A DNA stretch of 64,000 nucleotides, from positions 10,942,633 through 11,006,632 of the forward strand of contig OZ037769.1 in NCBI GenBank assembly GCA_964035545.1, in the 5' to 3' direction. Positions 54,701-64,000 of the stretch are shown piece after piece. The stretch is from Bugula neritina (lineage: Eukaryota > Animalia > Bryozoa). Numbering within the stretch: position 1 is the stretch's first letter; every line of letters begins with the position of its first letter. The notes beneath the pieces are model-generated. The model was not told the DNA's origin. It saw nothing but the letters and a program-made list of their open reading frames with translations, and made no database searches. The position numbers and the translations under genes are program-made.

Positions 54701-57641
54701 ATAAAAGCATTGGATTTTCAACAATCTAACAATCTAACAAAATAATCAGATAGGGCTCTGTCTAACACTTTCAACAAATCTCCAACACTTTTTTATATAT
54801 AAAAGCATTGAATTTTCAACAATCTAACAATCTAACAAAATAATCAGATAGGGCTCTGTCTAACACTTTCAACAAATCTTCAACACTTTTTTATATATAA
54901 AAGCATTGGATTTTCAACAATCTAACAATCTAACAAAATAATCAGATAGGGCTCTGTCTAACACTTTCAACAAATCTCCAACACTTTTTTATATATAAAA
55001 GCATTGGATTTTCAACAATTTAACAATCTAACAAAATAATCAGATAGGGCTCTGTCTAACACTTTCAACAAATCTTCAACACTTTTTTATATATAAAAGC
55101 ATTGGATTTTCAACAATCTAACAATCTAACAAAATAATCAGATAGGGCTCTGTCTAACACTTTCAACAAATCTCCAACACTTTTTTATATATAAAAGCAT
55201 TGGATTTTCAACAATCTAACAATCTAACAAAATAATCAGATAGGGCTCTGTCTAACACTTTCAACAAATCTCCAACACTTTTTTATATATAAAAGCATTG
55301 AATTTTCAACAATCTAACAATCTAACAAAATAATCAGATAGGGCTCTGTCTAACACTTTCAACAAATCTCCAACACTTTTTTATATATAAAAGCATTGGA
55401 TTTTCAACAATCTAACAATCTAACAAAATAATCAGATAGGGCTCTGTCTAACACTTTCAACAAATCTTCAACACTTTTTTATATATAAAAGCATTGTATT
55501 TTCAACAATCTAACAATCTAACAAAATAATCAGATAGGGCTCTGTCTAACACTTTCAACAAATCTCCAACACTTTTTTATATATAAAAGCATTGGATTTT
55601 CAACAATCTAACAATCTAACAAAATAATTAGATAGGGCTCTGTCTAACACTTTCAACAAATCTCCAACACTTTTTTATATATAAAAGCATTGAATTTTCA
55701 ACAATCTAACAATCTAACAAAATAATCAGATAGGGCTCTGTCTAACACTTTCAACAAATCTCCAACACTTTTTTATATATAAAAGCATTGGATTTTCAAC
55801 AATCTAACAATCTAACAAAATAATCAGATAGGGCTCTGTCTAACACTTTCAACAAATCTTCAACACTTTTTTATATATAAAAGCATTGGATTTTCAACAA
55901 TCTAACAATCTAACAAAATAATCAGATAGGGCTCTGTCTAACACTTTCAACAAATCTCCAACACTTTTTTATATATAAAAGCATTGGATTTTCAACAATC
56001 TAACAATCTAACAAAATAATCAGATAGGGCTCTGTCTAACACTTTCAACAAATCTTCAACACTTTTTTATATATAAAAGCATTGGATTTTCAACAATCTA
56101 ACAATCTAACAAAATAATCAGATAGGGCTCTGTCTAACACTTTCAACAAATCTCCAAAAGTGTAGATATATAAAAGCATTGAATTTTCAACAATCTAACA
56201 ATCTAACAAAATAATCAGATAGGGCTCTGTCTAACACTTTCAACAAATCTTCAACACTTTTTTATATATAAAAGCATTGGATTTTCAACAATCTAACAAT
56301 CTAACAAAATAATCAGATAGGGCTCTGTCTAACACTTTCAACAAATCTCCAACACTTTTTTATATATAAAAGCATTGAATTTTCAACAATCTAACAATCT
56401 AACAAAATAATCAGATAGGGCTCTGTCTAACACTTTCAACAAATCTCCAACACTTTTTTATATATAAAAGCATTGAATATTCAACAATCTAACAATCTAA
56501 CAAAATAATCAGATAGGGCTCTGTCTAACACTTTCAACAAATCTTCAACACTTTTTTATATATAAAAGCATTGGATTTTCAACAATCTAACAATCTAACA
56601 AAATAATCAGATAGGGCTCTGTCTAACACTTTCAACAAATCTCCAACACTTTTTTATATATAAAAGCATTGGATTTTCAACAATCTAACAATCTAACAAA
56701 ATAATCAGATAGGGCTCTGTCTAACACTTTCAACAAATCTCCAACACTTTTTTATATATAAAAGCATTGAATTTTCAACAATCTAACAATCTAACAAAAT
56801 AATCAGATAGGGCTCTGTCTAACACTTTCAACAAATCTTCAACACTTTTTTATATATAAAAGCATTGGATTTTCAACAATCTAACAATCTAACAAAATAA
56901 TCAGATAGGGCTCTGTCTAACACTTTCAACAAATCTCCAACACTTTTTTATATATAAAAGCATTGGATTTTCAACAATCTAACAATCTAACAAAATAATC
57001 AGATAGGGCTCTGTCTAACACTTTCAACAAATCTTCAACACTTTTTTATATATAAAAGCATTGGATTTTCAACAATCTAACAATCTAACAAAATAATCAG
57101 ATAGGGCTCTGTCTAACACTTTCAACAAATCTCCAACACTTTTTTATATATAAAAGCATTGGATTTTCAACAATCTAACAATCTAACAAAATAATCAGAT
57201 AGGGCTCTGTCTAACACTTTCAACAAATCTTCAACACTTTTTTATATATAAAAGCATTGGATTTTCAACAATCTAACAATCTAACAAAATAATCAGATAG
57301 GGCTCTGTCTAACACTTTCAACAAATCTCCAACACTTTTTTATATATAAAAGCATTGGATTTTCAACAATCTAACAATCTAACAAAATAATCAGATAGGG
57401 CTCTGTCTAACACTTTCAACAAATCTTCAACACTTTTTTATATATAAAAGCATTGGATTTTCAACAATCTAACAATCTAACAAAATAATCAGATAGGGCT
57501 CTGTCTAACACTTTCAACAAATCTCCAACACTTTTTTATATATAAAAGCATTGGATTTTCAACAATCTAACAATCTAACAAAATAATCAGATAGGGCTCT
57601 GTCTAACACTTTCAACAAATCTCCAAAAGTGTAGATATATA
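51739..57641 (-). repeat. Right subterminal array, ~60 x 98 bp, inverted relative to the left array
   Basis: Units are reverse complements of the left-array unit and share the same variant types. Confidence 0.97.
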
Positions 57642-58038
57642 ACATAATGTGGAGAAAATGAAAATGTTGTATAGTAAATTTTTATATGTGATTTCCAATA
57701 TCTCCATTACTGCACCTACCTCAGACATAGTGACAGTGATGTGCAACTTAAAACAGAGACACCCATGGTCATGGTGCTGGTGTTGCAGCATTGTGACTGG
57801 CTTTAGAGCTGAGGCAAGTAGGGATTTCTCTACCCCTTACTCAGCAACAAGCTTAAGGCCAGTTTCATAATTTATCATTATGACTTATTGACTATCGTTT
57901 ATGACTACTTAGCAATTAAAATGTGAAAGGAAAGATACCATTTACGATATTCAAATTATTGTTATTAGTGTTACTATAGGTTCATGACTGTCACCATGAT
58001 TGTGACTAAAATAGTCGTACTCGCTGATGGTAATAGTA

Positions 58039-60369
58039 GGAGAGAATAGGGCTAGTTAAACCAAGGGGCTAGTTAAATCACATGTTTTAATTTTTTTTTG
58101 TTTACTTTGTTTGCTACACTTTCTTACCTCTTTTGATTAAAAGCTTTGTAGGTCAACTAAATGACATCTTGAAATAATTAAAAGCAAAGCAGAAGTTTTC
58201 AGGTAAGCTGAGGTTTTTTACATTTTTTGCCTAAAAACTGAGCAAACTAGAAGTTCAATTTTGCATAAAAAGTTTCATAACTTTGTGAGTTTCAATAGCC
58301 ATGTCAAGTAACCTCAAGCATGTATTTTCAGCATAATTTTAAAGCTGGGGAATAGCTTAAAGTTACAGAAACATCTCATTTGTAGCAGATATTGGTGGTT
58401 TTTTGTAACATGACAGTGTGGGGCTAGTTGAACCAGAATGGTGGTGGGGCAAGTTAAACGAGGCTCGACAAGCGAAAAACAAACCGGGGCGCAGACGTGG
58501 ACAGTTTAAGTACAGCAATGTAATTGGTAAAACAAGGCAGTAGCATAGGACATGCTGCTACTGCAGCAGGTGTAAATCGTGTCACATTGTCAAGAGCTCT
58601 GAAGCAGCCCCTCAAGAAAGTAGGCTATACCCAACCAGGCCTGGTATTTTACGATCACTCGGAGGAAGACCTCACTTCATATTTGTTGACATGTTCAAGA
58701 ATGAACTATGGGTTGACAACTTACGAGTTGAGAAAGCTTGCTTACCAATTTGCTATCAAAGTTCAAACACCACCCACATGAGCTGAGAGGGGTGAGGCAG
58801 GAACAGACTGGATGCTTGGGTTTTTAAAGCGTCACCAACACCTCTCCACAAGAAAGCCAGAAGCTACCTGCCTTGCGAACTTAACTAGCTTTAACAAGCA
58901 CACAGTTTCGCAGTTTTTCACTAACCTTCAACAAGTACTTGAAACGCACAAATTTTCAGCTGCTAGGATTTACAATATGGATGAAACCGCAATAACTACA
59001 GTCCATGTGCCACCAAGAATTATTGCAGTAAATGATGCAAAACAAGTTTCGCAAGTAACATCAGCAGAAGGAGGAATTTTGATAACAGCAATATGTTGTA
59101 TAAGCGCATCTGGAAACAGCATTCCGCCTACTTATATATGGCCAACGAAAACCGACAGAAACACAACAGCTTATATGAGAGGTACCCCTGCTGGATCATT
59201 GGGTTTGCACCACTACAGTGGTTGGATGACTGAAGAAAATTTTGCGAAGTGGATAAATCATTTCATTAAACACGTGAAGCCATCAGCAACAGACCCAGTG
59301 CTCCTCCTGCTCTCCTCCTCCTCCTCTCTCCTACATAGGAGCCACCTATATGTTAGTACTATCAACATAGCTAAAGAAGCAAGAGTTGTAATGCTGACAT
59401 TCCCACCACATACCACAAATAAGCTGCAGCCACTTAATGTGTCAGTTTATGGCCCTTTGAAGATATTTTACGGTAGTGAGTGCAAAAGCTGGCAATTCAG
59501 TAATCCGGAAAAGACTATCAGCCTCTATGATATAGGTGAGCTATTTGGCAAAGCCATAGTGAAAGCTTTAACTCCAGAGAACATCTTAGCTGGCTACTGC
59601 AAGACTGGTATATTCCCGTTTGACGCTAATATATTCTAAGAGTCACATTTTCTTCCCGCTTATGTCACTGATCCACCAGACACATGAACTGTACACGGTG
59701 GTAAAGAAAACCCCCAGTTTAATAATTGGGAACCTAGCACTAGTAGTATTAAGCTGCAGACAGTTTTTCTCTCTGACTTCAAACCATGATGAAGTTGATC
59801 TAAGCTTCTAGAAACATAGGGTGATGGCTTTTTTCTTCCAGACAATGGGGAAAGTGAGAGTGTAAACAGGACAAACATTATTCACTCAATCTTACCTCAC
59901 CCTCAAATAGTGGTGGAACATCACGAGCCAAGCTTAAATTGAGGTTTCAAATCAACCTGGATGAGGTTGAAAGATGGTAGCATACTGTTGACTAGTTTCA
60001 GCTTATGTTGTTTGTGTTCATGCAGAGTTATTTTCAAGTTTTCTCTATTTTTGTTACTGTTAATCTCTATTAAACCATTTTAAATTTACTAGATAGTTGA
60101 AACAGTTTGTTTTTTACTGAAACTGGTCTTGGTTCAATCTGTCTCCCAAGTCGGCTCAACTCGCCCTCTAGCTGGACTGGTTGTGCCAAAGATTTTATGT
60201 GAAAAACGGCTATATCTTAGTCAGTAAAATGTTTATGTATTTAGTTTTTTGTACAGAGATAGCAACATATGACTGATTTGAATGGTTCTCAATATTAGAT
60301 TGACAATAAATTTTGTAAAAAGTTATGCTAAAAAATGCAAATTTCAGTTCAACTAGCCCCACCCTCCCC
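58039..60369 (+). mobile_element. pogo/Tigger-like (Tc1/mariner superfamily) DNA transposon, inactive
   Basis: TA-flanked imperfect TIRs GGAGAGAATAGGGCTAGTTAAAC and GTTCAACTAGCCCCACCCTCCCC; internal GGGCTAGTT repeats; transposase relic inside. Confidence 0.85.
58524..59639 (+). pseudogene. pogo-family transposase pseudogene (HTH, CENP-B-type HTH, DDE_1)
   Basis: In-frame TGA at 58779-58781 between the two ORFs. Motifs WMLGFLKRH, IYNMDET, SGWMT, FPPHTTNKLQPLNV. The third Asp is replaced by Asn and the second Asp is lost. Confidence 0.88.
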
Positions 60370-61094
60370 TATTTATTACTATGGGTATCTCTACTCATTA
60401 TTGCATACTATTAAATTTAATGTCATTATAGTATTTATAGTGATGGTTTTGGTTACCGAAGTAGTTATTATTTAATAATAATAATAATTGTAGTGAGAAT
60501 TATTTACAATTTTATTTTCGCTTGCAATTTTACATTTTTATCTTTTTTATGATTGCTTTATAAGCAAACTTTATCAGTAATGTCCAATAACGACGAGAAT
60601 ATAGTTATTAAGAAGTGGTGAGTGAAAGTGTTGCATCAAATAATATAATATAATATAACTAATTATATACTAATAATATAACTAGTTTGACGGGCATACA
60701 GCAATTACAGGCTTTAGTTTTAGTTTAGCAGTTAACATTATGAGATGCATTATATTGAAATAAATAAGTTTAATGCCTTAGGGAGTACAGCCATTCTGTG
60801 GATAGCTTTTAATTTAAAGGTGACTCTCACCACTAAATCAAGAAAATTTATTATTTGTTCTGTGACATCCAAATTAACTAGTATCTGGTAGAAAATGTTA
60901 TCACAGTTGCCTATTAAGATAAACAATTTTATTTTTACTACCTGTAGTTGGATTTTTCAGTCAATTAGACAAGCATCAAGTCTAATTCTGTTTTCTAAAC
61001 TTTGCTAAGCATGTTCCACTGTGTTGCTTGCCTGTTTCAGATATTCTTTAGCCTCTATTCCATCCTACTAGCAAAATTTGTATAGCTTACCGTT

Positions 61095-63256
61095 ATGGGT
61101 ATGTAAAATTTTGTTTAGATATTTACTGATCAGTATTTATATTGCTGCTAGAATGTTTATAATGTTATTACCATAGCAACAATTGTGTTAAGCAGTATAC
61201 CATTATATTATATTTAGCATTCCTGTTTTAAAGAATTAATTGTATTAAACAGAGAAAGTAAAAGAAGTTTGGAAGCAGTGTGATGCAGTTTGCTTTGATG
61301 TGGATTCAACGGTTATCACAGGAGAAGGGCTTGATGAATTGGCCAGTTACATGAACAAAGGAGAAGAAATTGCTGCTCTGTATGTTTTATTCAGGCTTGA
61401 TGACTTTAATATGTTTCTAATGAATTATTATTTCATTTGCTAACAATTTGACTTGCTTTTATAACTAAAACTAACTTGAAGATGCACTTGGCGAAAATAG
61501 TGCCAAATCGTATTGTAGTTTTGTTATGCAAATTTTATACGACTATAAATAGCAAATTTTCCGTGCGCTTTGCCGCAGACCTCAAGATCTGAGAATATTC
61601 AAGGGTATAATTTCTGTTGACAAAATATGTTGCAATTTGGCAACCATATTCTTGTGCTTTTTTAAAGTTCTATTTTGGCCAAAAGAGACCAATTTATGTT
61701 TATTTTGTAGTGCACTGTTCAAATTAAAATATTTTACTAGTTTAAATTAAATTCATTTTTAGAATTATTTTACCATTTTCTCACACTCGTACTTCCATGA
61801 AAAACTTGCTAGCACCAGGTTTCACCCAGTTATGACGACTTACAATATTGGTTGGATTAAATGACACTAGTCTGAAATCTGGGAGTTGTCACACTTTTAT
61901 TCTCAAACAATTTTTATTATATCAGAACGAGGAAGGCAATGGGCGGTACTATGACGTTCAGAGAGGCATTAGAGATGAGACTGAATATTTTACAACCAAA
62001 TAAGTCAGATGTACAGGGTTTTATACAGAAAAATACTTTACAGTTTACAGAGGGCCTTAGGTAAGCCCCGCACTAGTTTCTTTCTGACTAATATCTCACT
62101 CTAAGATCATGGTGTATTCAGAGTATATGCAGAGAATATGCAGTTTAAGTTGCTATCTGTACATACTATTGAAATATTATGAGAACACATAATAAAGCTT
62201 TAAAATAACTTGTATGAAATAACTTGTATGAAACAACTTTATACAAAGTATATAATATATCATAGTACTATGTATAATACAGTATATAATATCTTATAGT
62301 ATATAGTACATTATATAATATCTTCTAGTATATATTATATTATATGTTACAATATATAATATCTTTCTGAAGTATATAATGTTTCATACTATATCCTTAT
62401 ATATCTTATCTATGCAAATCAAATTTTATCTTCCAAAATACATTTTGTGCTCTTTAGCTTCTGCAGGTACCATATTGATTACTACCAATATAATATACTG
62501 AATATTATTAATATAATATACTGAATACTATCAATATAATATACTGAATACTATCAATATAATATACTGAATACTATCAATATAATATACTGAATACTAT
62601 CAATATAATATACTGAATACTATCAATATAATATACTGAATACTATAATATAATATACTGAATACTATCAATATAATATACTGAATACTATCAATATAAT
62701 ATACTGAATACTATAATATAATATACTGAATGCTGTCAATATAATATACTGAATACTATAATATAATATACTGAATGCTGTCAATATATTATACTGAATA
62801 CTATCAATATAATATACTGAATACTATCAATATAATATACTGAATACTATAATATAATATACTGAATACTATAATATAATATACTGAATATTATTAATAT
62901 AATATACTGAATACTATAATATAATATACTGAATACTATCAATATAATATACTGAATATTATTAATATAATATACTGAATACTATCAATATAATATACTG
63001 AATACTATCAATATAATATACTGAATATTATTAATATAATATACTGAATACTGTCAATATAATATACTCAATACTATCAATATAATACATGATGCAATGT
63101 TACATGGCAGGGAGCTTGTTCTACTCCTTCAGTCTAAGAATATAGATGTGTATTTGGTGTCTGGGGGTTTCATCTCCATCATCCAGCCAATAGCCGACCA
63201 GCTGAATATACCAACCAGTAGTATATATGCTAATCACCTCAAGTTCAACGAGGATG
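61095..63256 (+). CDS. PSPH: Phosphoserine phosphatase (HAD family), 3' part outside the window
   Basis: Exons 61095-61098 (ATGG|gtatgt), 61253-61379, 61926-62060, 63111-63256. Peptides DAVCFDVDSTVITGEGLDELA, TRKAMGG, VYLVSGGF and IYANHLKF. Confidence 0.95.
62480..63085. repeat. 23-bp minisatellite in a PSPH intron
   Basis: Unit AATATAATATACTGAATACTATC; ends just before the acceptor at 63110. Confidence 0.95.
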
Positions 63257-63419
63257 GTGAGTTCTGGAAAGTTCCTTCCTGACATTGAGTGGCAGCATTC
63301 TAAGCCTTGTGTTGTATGCGTAAAACCTGAACCTGATTATGGCAAGCCACTTTCTGTTTGTATATAATAAGTATAAATCGATAAACTACAGATATACCTA
63401 TGAACGAAAGTAGGTTATA

Positions 63420-64000
63420 TACTATAATGCTATAATACTCGTACCATTACAGGGTACTATACTGTATAATACTCATATCATTGCAGGATATTATACTGTA
63501 TAATACTCGTACCATTACAGGGTGCTATACTGTATAATACTCGTACCATTACAGGGTACTATACTGTATAATACTCGTACCATTACAGGGTACTATACTG
63601 TATAATACTCGTACCATTACAGGGTACTATACTGTATAATATACTCATACCAATACAGGGTACTATACTGTATAATACTCATACCAATACAGGATACTAT
63701 ACTGTATAATACTCATACCAATACAAGGTACTATACTGTATAATATACTCTTACCATTACAGGATACTATACTGTATAATACTCATACCAATACAGGGTA
63801 CTATACTGTATAATACTCATACCAATACAGGATACTATACTGTATATACTCACACCAATACAGGGTACTATACTGTATAATACTCATACCAATACAGGGT
63901 ACTATACTGTATAATACTCATACCAATACAGGATACTATACTGTATAATACTCATTCCAATACAGGGTACTATACTGTATGATACTCACACCATTACAGG
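63420..64000. repeat. 34-bp minisatellite in a PSPH intron
   Basis: Unit ATACTGTATAATACTCGTACCATTACAGGGTACT; continues to the window edge. Confidence 0.95.

Larger units (their letters stand above)
40656..57722. mobile_element. 17-kb KDZ-superfamily DNA transposon with inverted subterminal satellite arrays and an AAA+ ATPase partner gene
   Basis: Exact 8-bp TSD AGACATAG at 40648-40655 and 57723-57730. TIRs CAGTTAGGTGCAGAAATGGAGAT (40656-40678) and the reverse complement of 57700-57722, GAGGTAGGTGCAGTAATGGAGAT, match at 20/23. Encloses a KDZ transposase gene. Confidence 0.9.

Noticed and set aside
40817-57641. 98-bp arrays as CRISPR arrays
   Set aside because: The units are contiguous near-identical repeats with no unique spacers, there are no cas genes, and the context is eukaryotic.
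40656-57722. Helitron, Polinton or hAT identity for the large element
   Set aside because: No HUH Rep/Pif1 helicase, pPolB, capsid or hAT dimerisation motifs were seen. An 8-bp TSD also fits hAT, but the encoded transposase motifs are KDZ-type.

Overview
AT-rich, intron-rich eukaryotic DNA, most consistent with an invertebrate animal. All exon models below were read by hand from GT-AG sites and reading phase. Host genes, left to right: (1) a long coiled-coil protein gene on the minus strand (ATG 12339, at least 18 exons, runs off the left edge) containing one tandemly duplicated exon; (2) a short 3-exon paralogue of that gene's N-terminus; (3) an intronless single-pass membrane protein ORF; (4) a secreted IGFBP-N plus thyroglobulin type-1 protein; (5) SNX17; (6) PSPH, which runs off the right edge. 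The main result is a 17,067-bp transposon at 40656-57722, bounded by an exact 8-bp target-site duplication (AGACATAG) and 23-bp TIRs. It has two mirror-image arrays of a 98-bp repeat (about 18 and 60 copies) and two divergent spliced genes that look intact: a CxC/KDZ (Kyakuja-Dileera-Zisupton) transposase and a DUF3987/YfjI-like P-loop AAA+ ATPase of a type known mainly from phage and plasmid replicons. Between the two genes is a ~390-bp LTR-like inverted repeat enclosing a deleted Bel/Pao relic. The window also has a dead pogo/Tigger element, three tRNA-derived SINEs, several MITEs and many intronic minisatellites. Family assignments come from motif recognition only; no database search was run.
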